64,000 bases of DNA from Acidobacteriota bacterium (GTDB taxonomy: Bacteria > Acidobacteriota > Terriglobia > Terriglobales > Acidobacteriaceae). Position 1 is the first letter of the stretch, and every line of letters begins with the position of its first letter. Both the position numbers and the translations under genes were made by a program. Below the pieces are notes generated by a model. It did not search any database, was not told the origin of the DNA, and worked only from the letters and a program-made list of their open reading frames with translations. Below are positions 19,499 through 30,500 of the stretch, piece after piece. The DNA lies in assembly GCA_028876395.1 (NCBI GenBank), contig JAGWRX010000025.1, positions 4,789 to 68,788 on the forward strand, written 5' to 3'.

Positions 19499-19918
19499 AT
19501 GTCCCGTTTGTATGAGGTTATGTTTATCGTTCGGCCCGACGCGGCCGAAGAGGATGTCGACAAGCTGATTGCCGGCTTTTCCACTTCCGTCACCAATGGC
19601 GGCGGAGTGGTCAAGTCCGTCGAGAAGATGGGCCGGCGCAAGCTCGCCTATCTGGTGCGCAAGTTCAACGACGGCAACTACATTCTGCTGACCATCGAGG
19701 CCAACGGTGCCGTAGTGCTTGAGCTGGAGCGCCGCCTGCGCGTCTCCGAGCCGGTGATCAAGTTCATCACCGTGCGCATCGACGAGGAAGAGAAGCGGCT
19801 TGCCAAGGTGAAGGCGCTGCGCGGCACCCGCAGGAAGCTGAGTGCGGAGCCCGCTGCGGCCCCGGCTGCGCCTGCTGCTCCGGCTGAGGCCTCTGAGGCG
19901 GTTCAGGCCAGCGCCTGA
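19499..19918 (+). CDS. rpsF: 30S ribosomal protein S6
   Basis: YEVMFIVRPD, MGRRKLAY, ELERRLRVSEPVIKF. Confidence 0.96.
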   Translation: MSRLYEVMFIVRPDAAEEDVDKLIAGFSTSVTNGGGVVKSVEKMGRRKLAYLVRKFNDGNYILLTIEANGAVVLELERRLRVSEPVIKFITVRIDEEEKRLAKVKALRGTRRKLSAEPAAAPAAPAAPAEASEAVQASA

Positions 19919-20037
19919 GGCTTGTCATGAATTGCCGCCGCCGGCGCTCTTGAATGACGCACCCGGCCCCGGCCAAATCCCGCGTTCCAGCGACCCTGAC
20001 CGGGCGCCGGAAGCAAAGAGAGTCATGAGGTAACACT

Positions 20038-20424
20038 ATGTCTGAAGAGACCCCTGGCAAGGCGCCCGAGACGGGCGCAGCAACACCCCAGGCCGCCGCT
20101 GGCGCGGAGACCGGCCCAAGCCCGAGCGCGCATCCTTCCCGCCCAGCCGGACGTCCAGGCGCAGGCCCTGGCGGCCGCCCCTCGGGTGGCCCCGGCGGCC
20201 GCGGCAAGTTCTTCCGCCGCAAGAAGGTGTGCAAGTTCTGCACGGAAAAGATCGATGCGATCCCTTACCGCGATGTCCGTCTGCTGCAAGGGTTTGTGGC
20301 CGAGCGCGGCAAGATCGTGCCCCGGCGGCTTACCGGCGTTTGCACCACGCACCAGCGCCGCCTGACCCGCGCCATCAAGCAGGCCCGGAACATCGCCCTG
20401 CTGCCCTTCGCCACGCGGCACTAA
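20038..20424 (+). CDS. rpsR: 30S ribosomal protein S18 (Cys-containing form, long N-terminal tail)
   Basis: [41 protein letters not shown]. Confidence 0.96.
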   Translation: MSEETPGKAPETGAATPQAAAGAETGPSPSAHPSRPAGRPGAGPGGRPSGGPGGRGKFFRRKKVCKFCTEKIDAIPYRDVRLLQGFVAERGKIVPRRLTGVCTTHQRRLTRAIKQARNIALLPFATRH

Positions 20425-20607
20425 GCGGCGCATGTCGCCTTGTCCCGCCTGTGACCAATTAGTTGCAGGCAGAAACGGGGCAAAAATGGCGACAATGTTT
20501 CCGATGCCGATGTAGAATCCTGCGCGGTGCAACCCATGGCTGCCGTTTGTGTCTAACAGACAAGACGGCCAGCCCGAGCGCCGCCCGCAACACTGGAGAT
20601 TTTGAAA

Positions 20608-21096
20608 ATGGAAGTCATTCTGAAGGAAGACGTAGCTAATCTGGGCCACCGCGGCGATGTCGTGAAGGTGGCCGACGGCTACGGCCGCAACTTTCTGCTG
20701 CCCCGCAAGCTGGCGCTGCAGGCTACCCAGGCAAACAAGGCCGTCATCGAACAAATGAAGGCTGCCGCCGCCCGCCGCTCCGCCACGGAAAAGGCGCAGG
20801 CGGAGGAACTGGTGACCAGGCTGGCGCCGGTCGTGCTGAGCTTTACCCGCAAGTCAGGCGAAAACGGCCAGCTGTTTGGATCGGTTACATCGGCGGATAT
20901 TGCCGGCGAACTCGGAACCAAGGGCTTTGAGGTAGACCGCCGCAAGATTCAGCTTTCTGACCCGCTGAAGAGCCTCGGCGACTACACCGTGGCCATCAAG
21001 CTGCACCGCGAAGTCACCGCGCACGTCAAGGTGCAGGTGATGGGTGAAGCGGCAGAGGAAGCCGCGCCCGTGGCGGAAGCAGCCGTCGCCGAATAG
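20608..21096 (+). CDS. rplI: 50S ribosomal protein L9
   Basis: MEVILKEDVANLG, VADGYGRNFLLP, LFGSVT. Confidence 0.97.
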   Translation: MEVILKEDVANLGHRGDVVKVADGYGRNFLLPRKLALQATQANKAVIEQMKAAAARRSATEKAQAEELVTRLAPVVLSFTRKSGENGQLFGSVTSADIAGELGTKGFEVDRRKIQLSDPLKSLGDYTVAIKLHREVTAHVKVQVMGEAAEEAAPVAEAAVAE

Positions 21097-21117
21097 TTCG
21101 AAGCCACTTATGCCACT

Positions 21118-21155
21118 CCGCCTTCCGGGGCAGCCCGGAAGGCGGTTGTGTCTTT
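21118..21155 (+). terminator. Terminator hairpin after rplI
   Basis: CCGCCTTCCGGG-GCAG-CCCGGAAGGCGG followed by TTGTGTCTTT. Confidence 0.75.
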
Positions 21156-21196
21156 GATGAAGCCGTGCGCGGCGCTATTGCTGGACCCGCTGGCCT

Positions 21197-21748
21197 CTAA
21201 AAAAGGTCCTGCTCCGGAGCGCCGCCGCTGAGCACCACCAGCTTCTTGAAGGCCTTGGCCATCTTGTCCTGAAAGTGCGGAACCTCTTCCGCCTTGTCGA
21301 GAGAGAAGAGCAGCCGCACGCGATTTCCCAACAGGCCGGGATCCACGCGATTCTGCTTGTCGTAGCAGGTTCTCCCTGTCTTTCCGCTCACTGAAATCAG
21401 CGTCAGCCGCAGCAGCTTGTCCCGCTGCTGGACAGAATCGCTCGGGTCAAACACATCCCAGACCGCAGTGTTTGTGTCGAGTGCGTTCAGGAACTGGTCG
21501 CAATGGCCGCCCGGTTCCCTGACGGTCATAATTTTTGTGGCCGGGTCCCATGAAACCTCGATGTTGTCGTTGATTCCATCCTCAGGGCTGAGCGAGAGCA
21601 GCTGGCCGCGCACGTAGTCGAACAGCTCGGGCGCGGTGGGCTCGGGCTTGGGGGGCGGCTGGGTCTTGCGGTGGTGCGCAGTTTGCGCGGAGCATGCAGG
21701 CAGGATGCAGAGAAGCACCGCCGTGCAGATTCGTGCCAGATGGTTCAT
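21197..21748 (-). CDS. Exported hypothetical protein (possible lipoprotein)
   Basis: MNHLARICTAVLLCILPAC signal; AGGAG upstream. Confidence 0.65.
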   Translation of the reverse strand: MNHLARICTAVLLCILPACSAQTAHHRKTQPPPKPEPTAPELFDYVRGQLLSLSPEDGINDNIEVSWDPATKIMTVREPGGHCDQFLNALDTNTAVWDVFDPSDSVQQRDKLLRLTLISVSGKTGRTCYDKQNRVDPGLLGNRVRLLFSLDKAEEVPHFQDKMAKAFKKLVVLSGGAPEQDLF

Positions 21749-21864
21749 ACGCTGCCTTCTCCTTGGGCGTTTGGGGCGTTCACGTTCAGTGAGGTTCACT
21801 TCTTTGCGCATTGCACCTTGCTCCGGGTAAGTCTGCTGCGGGCCGTGCCTGTTTACGTGGGAGG

Positions 21865-22740
21865 TCATCCCGTGCGCGGTGTGTCCAGAGTTGATACGGG
21901 TTGCTTACTCCTGACCACCGCCAGGGGTTGATCGCGCGGGGTGCGCAGCGTGGGCACGGCGGCCAGCAGGCTGCGGGTGTATGGGTGAACCGGCGCGGTG
22001 AGCAGGCGGGCGCTGGGACCGGTCTCGACCACCTCGCCCGACCGCAGGACAGCCACCCGGCTCGCCACCTGGCCAACCACCGCCAAATCATGGGAGATAA
22101 ACAGCATGGCCAGCCCGTGCTCGCGCTGGAGCTGTGCCAGCAGGTCCAGAATCTGCGCCTGCACCGTCACGTCCAGAGCCGTTGTGGGCTCGTCGGCGAT
22201 GAGAAGCCGAGGGCGATTGATGAGCGCCATGGCGATGAGAATGCGCTGGCGCTGCCCGCCGGAAAACTGGTGCGGGTAGTCGCCGTAGCGGCTGGCTGCT
22301 TCGGGAATCGCGACCGCTTCGAGCGCAGCGATGGCCTTGCGCTTTGCCTCGCGGCCTGTCCAGGAAGGCGCGTGCGCGGTGGCGCACTCGGCCACCTGCC
22401 GGCCGATGGACATCACGGGATTCAGCGCCGTCATCGGCTCCTGAAAGATCATGGCGATCTGGCGGCCGCGCACCTGCCGCAGCGCATTCGGCGGCTGCCG
22501 CAGCAGGTCAATCATTGCTTGATTGCCAGGGTCCGAGTCTTGCCACAGAATCCGGCCCGATACCAGCGCGGACGGTCCCAGCAGGCCCAGAATGGCCAGC
22601 GCAGAGGCGCTTTTGCCGGAGCCCGACTCGCCCACCAGCCCCAGCACTTCGCCCTCGTCGAGCTGAAGGCTCACCCCGCGCACAGCCTCGGTTGCGCCAA
22701 AGCGAACGCGCAGCTCGCGGATGTCAAGAAGCGGCGGCAT
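21865..22740 (-). CDS. Peptide/nickel ABC transporter ATPase (DppD/OppD-like), no partner genes nearby
   Basis: [44 protein letters not shown]. Confidence 0.93.
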   Translation of the reverse strand: MPPLLDIRELRVRFGATEAVRGVSLQLDEGEVLGLVGESGSGKSASALAILGLLGPSALVSGRILWQDSDPGNQAMIDLLRQPPNALRQVRGRQIAMIFQEPMTALNPVMSIGRQVAECATAHAPSWTGREAKRKAIAALEAVAIPEAASRYGDYPHQFSGGQRQRILIAMALINRPRLLIADEPTTALDVTVQAQILDLLAQLQREHGLAMLFISHDLAVVGQVASRVAVLRSGEVVETGPSARLLTAPVHPYTRSLLAAVPTLRTPRDQPLAVVRSKQPVSTLDTPRTG

Positions 22741-22794
22741 GAAGCCATCGTAGCTGATTCGACGAGCGGAAGCAGGAAGTTTGCGCCGCAGAGG

Positions 22795-23715
22795 TTACAG
22801 CGAGATCCAGCCGGCGCGGATGAGCGCGAGCGAGCCCACGGCAACCACGATCCAGAGCAGAATCCCCTGCAGCAGCGGCCGTATGCCCACCTCGCGCAGC
22901 GTCTTCTTTGAGAGCCCGGTGCCGATGAGGAAGAGCGTGACGGTCAGGCCGATGACGCCAAGATGCTTCAGCTCGGTATAGGCCGGCTGAAAGACGTGGA
23001 CGTAGGTGTTGGCCACCGCCGCGAGGCAGAAGAAAAGAATGAACCAGGGCCACTGGATGCGCGCCTTGCTCTTGTTGAATGCGGAGGTCCCGATGGACAT
23101 GGGCACGATCCACAACGCGCGGGCGAGCTTGACGGTGGTGCCCACGGCCAGCGCGACAGCGCCGAACTTGGCTGCAGCGCCGACGACGGAACTGGTGTCG
23201 TGAATGGCGAGCGCCGACCACAGCCCAAACTGCGTCTGCGTCAGGTGCAGCATGTTTCCGATCAGCGGAAAGGCGATGAGGGCGATCGAGTTGAGCACAA
23301 AGACGGTGCCCAGCGAGACGGCAATCTCCTCTTCAGTGGCATTGGAGATGGGCGCGATCGCCGCGATGGCGCTTCCTCCACAGAGGGCCGTGCCCGCGGA
23401 GATGAGGAAGGAGATGCGCTTCTTGACTGACAGTACCTTGCCCAGTCCCCAGCCCAGCAGCATGGCAAAGGTGATGCTGGCCGCGGTGTAAAAGAATCCC
23501 GAGCGGCCCACTCGAATCACCTGCTGCAGGTCCATGCCAAAGCCCAGACCTACCACCGAAACCTGGAGCAGGAGCTTCGAAAGCTTCTTGGCGTCGAGAT
23601 GATACGGATGAACAAAGGAGAAGCCGTAGACAAGTCCGGCGACCAGCGCGAGAGGCGGCGACAGAAGACCGCTTGCGGCAAGGATCAATCCGGCGAAGAA
23701 AAGATTCCTGGACAT
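22795..23715 (-). CDS. YeiH / putative sulfate exporter family membrane protein
   Basis: GTALCGGSAIAA, FGLWSALAIHDTSSVVGA, TVKLARALW. Confidence 0.9.
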   Translation of the reverse strand: MSRNLFFAGLILAASGLLSPPLALVAGLVYGFSFVHPYHLDAKKLSKLLLQVSVVGLGFGMDLQQVIRVGRSGFFYTAASITFAMLLGWGLGKVLSVKKRISFLISAGTALCGGSAIAAIAPISNATEEEIAVSLGTVFVLNSIALIAFPLIGNMLHLTQTQFGLWSALAIHDTSSVVGAAAKFGAVALAVGTTVKLARALWIVPMSIGTSAFNKSKARIQWPWFILFFCLAAVANTYVHVFQPAYTELKHLGVIGLTVTLFLIGTGLSKKTLREVGIRPLLQGILLWIVVAVGSLALIRAGWISL

Positions 23716-23799
23716 GATTCAAGCATTGCCGAAGCTTGCTTTCCAAGTCCAAGCAGAAGTCCTCATGCCCCATTTGCGCTTCTTATCATGAAGAATGAG

Positions 23800-24738
23800 T
23801 CAGTGCTTCTTTGCGCTGGATGGAGCCCGCTGTGCGCCGGCGCGCGCAAAGAGAAAGCGCCGGAACTCCTGCGCTAGGCCCTGGGGTCCGGGGCCGGCGG
23901 CGTAAGCGATGAGGAAGTCGCGCCGGATGCGCAGCCCCTCAATCTCAACAATTTTGAAGCTGTTGCCGAGCCGCAAATCCTTGGCGATGGCCCAGCGCGA
24001 GACGAAACCCGCGCCCAACCCCGCCTCGACCGCGGACTTAATGGCCTCAACGGAATCCAGCTCCATGACAACCTGCAGCGCGGCCCGCTTCACGTGCTGG
24101 CGCTCGAGCGCGATCTCGATCACGCGCCGCGTGCCGGAGCCGCGCTCCCGCATCAGCAGCGGCGTCTGGGTGATTTCCGCGCAGGCCACCGATGTGCGCT
24201 CAGCCCACTCATGCGCGGCGGGCACGATCAGCACCAGCTCATCCACGAGAAACGGCTCGGTCTTCACATCGCGGCTGTGCGCAGGCCCCTCAATCAAGCC
24301 GAGCGCGATCTGCTGCTGCGCAACGGCGCCCACGATGCGTTCCGTGTTGCCGCTGATCAGCGTGGGCTGTACGCGGAGATGCTCGCGGCGGAAGTCGCTC
24401 AACAGGCGGGGCAGCACGTATTGCGCGATGGTTGTGGAAGCGCCAAGTGCAAGGTGTCCCGCATGCTCGCCGCTCAGGGCAAACACTTCATGCTCGGCGC
24501 GCGCCAGCAGCGCGCTCACCTGCCCGGCGTAGTGCAGCAGCGTCCTGCCCGCCGCGGTCAGCGCGATACGCGACCCGCTGCGGTCAAACAACTGGACGCC
24601 GAGATCTTCTTCGAGAGCCTTAATCTGCAGGCTCACCGCCGGCTGCGTAAGGTAGAGCTCTTCCGCAGCTTTGCGAAAGCTGAGCTGCTCCGCGACCGCG
24701 CGAAAGACAACCATGCGGAAGTTTTCCAGGCTTGCCAT
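23800..24738 (-). CDS. LysR family regulator (CysL/YeiE-like)
   Basis: SFRKAAEELYLTQPAVSLQIK HTH; GASTTIAQY, RERGSGTR; adjacent to yeiH. Confidence 0.92.
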   Translation of the reverse strand: MASLENFRMVVFRAVAEQLSFRKAAEELYLTQPAVSLQIKALEEDLGVQLFDRSGSRIALTAAGRTLLHYAGQVSALLARAEHEVFALSGEHAGHLALGASTTIAQYVLPRLLSDFRREHLRVQPTLISGNTERIVGAVAQQQIALGLIEGPAHSRDVKTEPFLVDELVLIVPAAHEWAERTSVACAEITQTPLLMRERGSGTRRVIEIALERQHVKRAALQVVMELDSVEAIKSAVEAGLGAGFVSRWAIAKDLRLGNSFKIVEIEGLRIRRDFLIAYAAGPGPQGLAQEFRRFLFARAGAQRAPSSAKKH

Positions 24739-24901
24739 AGGGCAATTATCGCCTCTCCATGACCGGTGAGATGCAAGTTGCCTTATGCCGTCAACAGGGA
24801 GCGGCCCAGCTGGGTTGGTGAATTGGCGCCGTCTTTCAGCTCCACCAGCCCAGCCTCAGCCATCTCTCGCAGATGGCAGGCACGCCAAACCGCGGCCGGC
24901 G

Positions 24902-25318
24902 TCAGGCCTGCTGCAGCGCGGTTTCGCCGAGTGCCAATTTGACCTCAATCTGCGATGGAGCCAGAAGCGTGTTATGCACCAGGCAATGGTGCACGGAGCG
25001 CATGATGCCCTCGGTCTGCTCCTCGGTGAGGACGAGGGGGCAGGACACCTTCACGACAAAATTCCCGAGCCGCGAGGGATGACGCAGTTTCTCCGCGCTC
25101 ACAGTGACTTCCACATTCCTGTCGTCGAGATGACGTGTCTTGAGGTATTGCACCGCGTAGAAGGCAGCACAGGAGCCTATCGAAGCAAGCAAAAACTCGG
25201 GAGGCGTCATGCCGGAATCAGCGCCGCCGTTGTCTGTGGGTTGATCGCAAATGATGGAGTGCGAGCGAGCATGAATAGCGAATTTAACCTGGTCGAGATG
25301 CGTAACATTAACTTCCAT
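24902..25318 (-). CDS. OsmC family protein
   Basis: AGGAG RBS; DQP..NGGADSGMTPPEFLLASIGSC and second Cys HCLVHNTL. Confidence 0.9.
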   Translation of the reverse strand: MEVNVTHLDQVKFAIHARSHSIICDQPTDNGGADSGMTPPEFLLASIGSCAAFYAVQYLKTRHLDDRNVEVTVSAEKLRHPSRLGNFVVKVSCPLVLTEEQTEGIMRSVHHCLVHNTLLAPSQIEVKLALGETALQQA

Positions 25319-25367
25319 GATGGCTCCTGGGCTTCCACATGAAGAAAGACACGCGCGCGGCATTTCG

Positions 25368-26291
25368 TTACACGATCGCGGACAATCTTTCCGGAACATC
25401 CATACCCAGCATGCGCAGGTACTCGCGCGTAAGGATGGAGCGGAGGCGGGGCGCAATCTCCTGATCGCATGGGACTTCCATCGAGCGGCAGCGGTCGATG
25501 GCCGTACGCAGGTCGCGCAGAAACGCCACGCAGGAAGGGCACCCTTCGATATGCTCGCGCATCTGGTCGCAGGTGCGCGGTTCCACCCTGCCATCCAGAT
25601 ACTCTGAGAGGTTGGCGAAAAGCTCACGGCACGCAGCGGGGGGCTTGCCGTTTTTCGACCTTGAGCGCCGCGGCTTTTCCTGCTGGGATTCGGCTGGCTC
25701 CGGCTTCGCGGAGGCGCCGTCGAGGACGCGGCTCATCTCCTTGCGCACGGCGAGGCGGGCGCGGTGCAGCCGCACGCGCACTGTGCCCTGCTGCAGGCCG
25801 AGAATCTGCGCCACCTGGTCGGTGTTCAGCTCTTCCATGTCGTGGAGCACCAGCACAATGCGCAGCGGCGCAGGGATGCGCAGAACGGCCTCATGCAGCA
25901 GATGATGCTGCTCGGCGTGGAGCACGTTGCCCTCGGGACTGGCGGCGGCGTCCTGCAGCAGGCGTCCCAGTTCCGCATCGTCGGGCATCAGCTCGTCAAG
26001 CGAGAGGGTGCGTGCGGGCGCGTTGGCGGGTTTGCGGCGCATGCGCCAGCAGCGGTTCCGGGTTACGGTGTAAAGCCAAACTGCCAGGGCCTGCGGATCA
26101 TGAATTTTAGCCAGGTGGGCCAGCGAGCGATAAAGCACTTCCTGCGTGGTGTCTTCCGCATCCTCGGGATGCCCGCACAGCTTCATGCTGAACGAATACA
26201 CCGTGTTCTGGAGCAGGCCAATCGCTTCCTCCACGGCCTCGGGCGTGTTGCGTTGCAGCAGCTCGGCAGCTTGGATCAGTTCAGGTCGCAT
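25368..26291 (-). CDS. ECF sigma factor fused to a C-terminal zinc-finger anti-sigma domain
   Basis: Region 2 DAEDTTQE/WLYTVTRNRC, region 4 TVRVRLHRAR, then CRELFANLSEYLDG...HIEGCPSC (Hx3Cx2C). Confidence 0.9.
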   Translation of the reverse strand: MRPELIQAAELLQRNTPEAVEEAIGLLQNTVYSFSMKLCGHPEDAEDTTQEVLYRSLAHLAKIHDPQALAVWLYTVTRNRCWRMRRKPANAPARTLSLDELMPDDAELGRLLQDAAASPEGNVLHAEQHHLLHEAVLRIPAPLRIVLVLHDMEELNTDQVAQILGLQQGTVRVRLHRARLAVRKEMSRVLDGASAKPEPAESQQEKPRRSRSKNGKPPAACRELFANLSEYLDGRVEPRTCDQMREHIEGCPSCVAFLRDLRTAIDRCRSMEVPCDQEIAPRLRSILTREYLRMLGMDVPERLSAIV

Positions 26292-26448
26292 GGTGGGAAG
26301 TCAAGACAAGAATCTCTTCGCGCTTTGAGGGGATTCACCCCGCGCGCTCGAACATCTTCTATATCAGTATAGTCGTCTTGCGCATATTCCGGGGCCTGCA
26401 TGCGGAGCGCCACGCATACCCGGCCGCGAAAACCAGGCGGCGTGGCCC

Positions 26449-26730
26449 TCAGTGTACCTGCGGACCCGTTGAGCCGCCAGACTGCACCGCGGCCTCAATC
26501 ATTTCAAGGCAAATGGGGCAGATTTTCCGCAGCCATTGCCGTTCTTCCATGTCTTCCGGCTTTGCGTCCGCATCCTGCCACGCGCGCAGCAAGGCAAGCG
26601 CGAGTTCCATCTCCGCGCCGGGGCGGCTTGCCTCCAGCCTGAACATCTGCCGATAGACCTCGTCTTTGAACTGTTCGCTCCGCCTGCACCGCGCGGTTGC
26701 CGGATGGGCAGAGCGCTTGAGCGACGTCAT
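26449..26730 (-). CDS. Small hypothetical protein with CxxC
   Basis: ATGA overlap with the methyltransferase stop; ICPICL motif. Confidence 0.55.
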   Translation of the reverse strand: MTSLKRSAHPATARCRRSEQFKDEVYRQMFRLEASRPGAEMELALALLRAWQDADAKPEDMEERQWLRKICPICLEMIEAAVQSGGSTGPQVH

Positions 26731-27311
26731 TGCGGCATCTCCCCCTGCACCAGCCACGAGTACTTGCCGGCATTTGTGTGCGCAGTTCGCGCAAAACCCG
26801 CTAGTTCCAGGTCGCGCACGGCGTTCGACGCGCTGATGCGGTGATCGAGCGGCGGTCCGGCTTCGCGCTCCACATCGGGCCGCCAGTCGAGAATGGCGAT
26901 CCGCCCGCCAGCCTTCAGGACGCGCTTTGCTTCCCGCAGCACCGCCGCGTGATCGTCAAACTCGTGCCACACGTTGGCCAGCAGCACCAGGCTGCAGGTC
27001 GAATCGTCCAGGCTGGTGGAGTCGGCCTCTGCATGCACCAGCTCGATATTTTGGATGCCGCCGTCACTCAGCTTTTGCCGCAGGTGCGCGAGCATCTCCT
27101 GCTGCGCGTCAACGGCGAACACCTTGCCGTGCGGGCCGGCGGCCGCAGCCATCGGCAGGGCGAAGTAGCCGGTGCCCGCGCCGATGTCGGCAATCGTTTC
27201 GCCGGGCCGAATGGCCAGCGCGGCGATCACCTCAGCCGGCGGAAGCCACATCAGCCGCTCCGGTGCGTCGAGCCGGTGTGCCTGCGATGCATTGAACCGT
27301 CTGTCAGTCAT
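26727..27311 (-). CDS. Class I SAM-dependent methyltransferase
   Basis: IADIGAGTGYF, VFAVDAQQEM, RVLKAGGRIAILDW. Confidence 0.92.
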   Translation of the reverse strand: MTDRRFNASQAHRLDAPERLMWLPPAEVIAALAIRPGETIADIGAGTGYFALPMAAAAGPHGKVFAVDAQQEMLAHLRQKLSDGGIQNIELVHAEADSTSLDDSTCSLVLLANVWHEFDDHAAVLREAKRVLKAGGRIAILDWRPDVEREAGPPLDHRISASNAVRDLELAGFARTAHTNAGKYSWLVQGEMPQ

Positions 27312-27317
27312 GTGGGC

Positions 27318-27524
27318 TCACCTGGCCGCGCAGGCTGCGTCCTTCAGTCCCATGGCGCGCAGAATGCTCATGGCCGGGCACCAGTTGGTAAAGCCGGACT
27401 GGAACAGATTGAGTCCCACAAAAGCCGTGAGCCACAGCCAGTTCGGGGAATGAAAATGAGCAAGGGCGAGAGACAACAGCACCATAACTCCGGCCAGGAT
27501 ACGTACAACGCGTTCAACGGTCAT
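27318..27524 (-). CDS. DUF2892 (YgaP-like) membrane protein
   Basis: ERVVRILAG...[16 protein letters not shown]. Confidence 0.9.
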   Translation of the reverse strand: MTVERVVRILAGVMVLLSLALAHFHSPNWLWLTAFVGLNLFQSGFTNWCPAMSILRAMGLKDAACAAR

Positions 27525-30500
27525 TGATTTTCTCCTTTTTCGGATGAGGGTTCACACGCGATTTCCGGTTTCATGTGCGAGTGAACGATGTAGTAGAGGA
27601 TGGGAATGGTCGGCCATGACAGGAAGGTTGAGGCAACCGCTCCTGCAATCAGCGATATCGCCAGACCCTGAAAGATGGGATCGGTAAGGATGACACTCGC
27701 GCCCACGACAACCGCGGCCGCGGTCAGCAGCATGGGACGGAAGCGGATTGCGCCCGCGTCGATGACAGCCTGGCTCAGCGGGACTCCCTGGCGCCAGCGG
27801 AGTTCGATGAAGTCGACGAGGATGATGGAGTTGCGCACGATGATGCCCGCGCCGGCGATGAAGCCGATCATCGACGTTGCGGTAAAGAACGCGCCCAGCA
27901 TGGCATGAGCCGGCAGAATGCCCACCAGCGTCAGCGGGATGGGAGCCATGATGATGAGCGGCACGATGAACGAACGAAACCAGCCCACCACGAGCACATA
28001 GATAAGGATGAGCACCGCTGCGAAAGCCAGTCCGAGATCACGAAAAACCTCGATCGTGATTTGCCACTCGCCATCCCACTTCATTGAGTAGTGCGTCGTC
28101 GACTCCGGCAGGACGGCGTTGTAGCGGGTGAGCGTGTAGCCTGCCGGCAGCGTGAGATGGTCGAGATCCTTGTTCATCTTCAGAATCGCGTAGACAGGGC
28201 TCTCTTCCGCTCCGGCCACGTCGCCGGTCACATACACCACGCGGCGCAGATTCTTGTGATAGATGCTGCGCTGGATGGTCTCGTTCTCCGCAGTCACCAG
28301 CTCACGCAGCGAGACCATGGAACCGTCTGCTCCGGGCAGGCGGATGCTTTCAAGCGCCTGCAATGAAGAGCGGTCGGGTCGCGCAAGCTCGACGACCGTG
28401 GGAACTGGCTCGCGCGCGGTCTGATCGTGGAGCAGACCCACCTGCCTGCCGGATGTGGCGAGGGCCAGAGCATGAGCAACGTCAGAGACGGCGATGCCAT
28501 GTTGCGCGGCCTTCACTTCATCCACGTGGATCGCCAGCCGCGGCTGCGGATCCTCGACGTACCAGTCGGTATCCACAACGCCGGGCGTGTGCTGGAAGAT
28601 TGACTTGATCTGCTGCGCCACGCGGACCTGGCCATCCATGTCGGGACCGTAGACTTCGGCGACGAGCGTTTGAATCACCGGAGGGCCGGGCGGCACCTCG
28701 CTGACCTGGATGCGCGCGCCGTACTGGTTGCCGATGGCAAGCAGAAGCGGGCGCAGCCGCTTGGCGATGGTGTGGCTTTGATCCTTGCGCTGCTTGGCGG
28801 GAAGCAGATTCACCTGGATGTCAGCCTGGTTAGCCATGCGCCGCATGTAGTAGTGGCGCACCAGGCCGTTGAAGTTGTAAGGGCCGGAGGTGCCCGCGTA
28901 GGTCTGATAGTTGAGCACGTCGGGCTGTCGCGAGAGTTCGTCTCCCAGCGCCTGGGTAACGCGCGCGGTCTGCTCCAGCGGCGTGCCGTCGGGCATGTTG
29001 ATGACCACCTGCAGCTCGCTCTTGTTGTCGAACGGCAACATTTTTACGCGCACCAGGCCCAGCGGCACCAGCGCAACGGAAATGACCAAAAGGATCAGCA
29101 CTCCGGCGAAGAAGAGGATGCGATTCCGCGTGGAGGCGATGAGCGGCGTCATGACCTTGCGGTAAAGTCTCGTCCGCCAGTTCTCGTGCTCCGGCTCAAG
29201 AATGCGCGCGCCGGCAAGATGCTTGCCGAGAAGCCGCAGTGCCGCCCACGGCGAAACCACAAAGGCCACCAACAGCGAGAACAGCATGGCCGCGGAAGCG
29301 CCCACGGGGATGGGCCGCATGTAGGGCCCCATCAGGCCGCGGACAAACGCCATGGGCAGCACGGCGGCAAGCACGGCAAAGGTGGCAAGAATCGTGGGAT
29401 TGCCCACTTCGGCAACCGCCTCGACGGCAACATCGTTGCACGAGCGGTGCTGATTCTCAGGCAGGCGGAAGTGCCGCACAATGTTTTCGACCACCACGAT
29501 GGCGTCGTCCACAAGAATGCCGATGCTGAAGATCAGCGCGAAGAGCGTGATGCGGTTGATGGTGTAGCCGAGGAAATAGAAGATTGCCAGCGTGAGCGCA
29601 AGAGTGACCGGAATGGCCAGCAGAACAACACCCGACTCGCGCCACCCCAGGAAAAGCGCAATCAGCAAAGTCACTGACAGCGTAGCCAGCAGCAGGTGCT
29701 CCAGCAGCTCATCGGACTTGGCCTTGGCGGTTTCACCATAGTTGCGCGTGGTCGTGACGGTCACGTCACTGGGAATCTGCACGCCCTGCATTTCATGCAC
29801 GCGCCGCAGAGCTTCATTGGCGATATCGGTCGCGTTCGTTCCCTTACGCTTGGCCACCGTGATGGTAACGGCGGGATACTGGCTGGGCGCATGATGAGGG
29901 CCCGCGCTTGCATTGGTCGTCCCGAAGAGCACGTAATTCGCGGGCTCCTCGGGTCCGTCAATGATGTTGTCGGCAACATCGCGCAGGTATACGGGTCGTC
30001 CATGATCCACGGCCACCACGACGGATTCGAGATCCTTGCGGCTGGTGAACAGGTTACCGGCGTCCACCCGGATTTCCTGATTGTTCTCGGCAAAGCTCCC
30101 CGCCTGCACGCTGGCGTTCGCGGCCTGCAGATGTCCCGCGATAGCCATGGGCGACAGGCCGTAGGCACTGAGCTTTGCCGTGCTGAGCACAACACGCATG
30201 GAGCGCGGAAGCCCGCCGATGATGGTGGTCTCTGACACATCGGAGATCTGCTTGATGTTGTGCTGCACCTCGTCGGCGATGGCGCGCAGCTGATATCCGT
30301 TGTAGTGATCACCCCACAGTGTCAGCGCCAGGATGGGCACATCGTCGATGGAGCGCGCCTTGATGAGCGGCTGCGAAATCCCCGGCGGCATCTGGTCAAA
30401 GTTTGAATAGAGCTTGCTGTAAACCTTGATCAGCGCATCTTCCTGCGGCGTGCCGACAAGGAAGCGCACAATCACCAGGCTCTGCCCGGGGCTGGATGTG

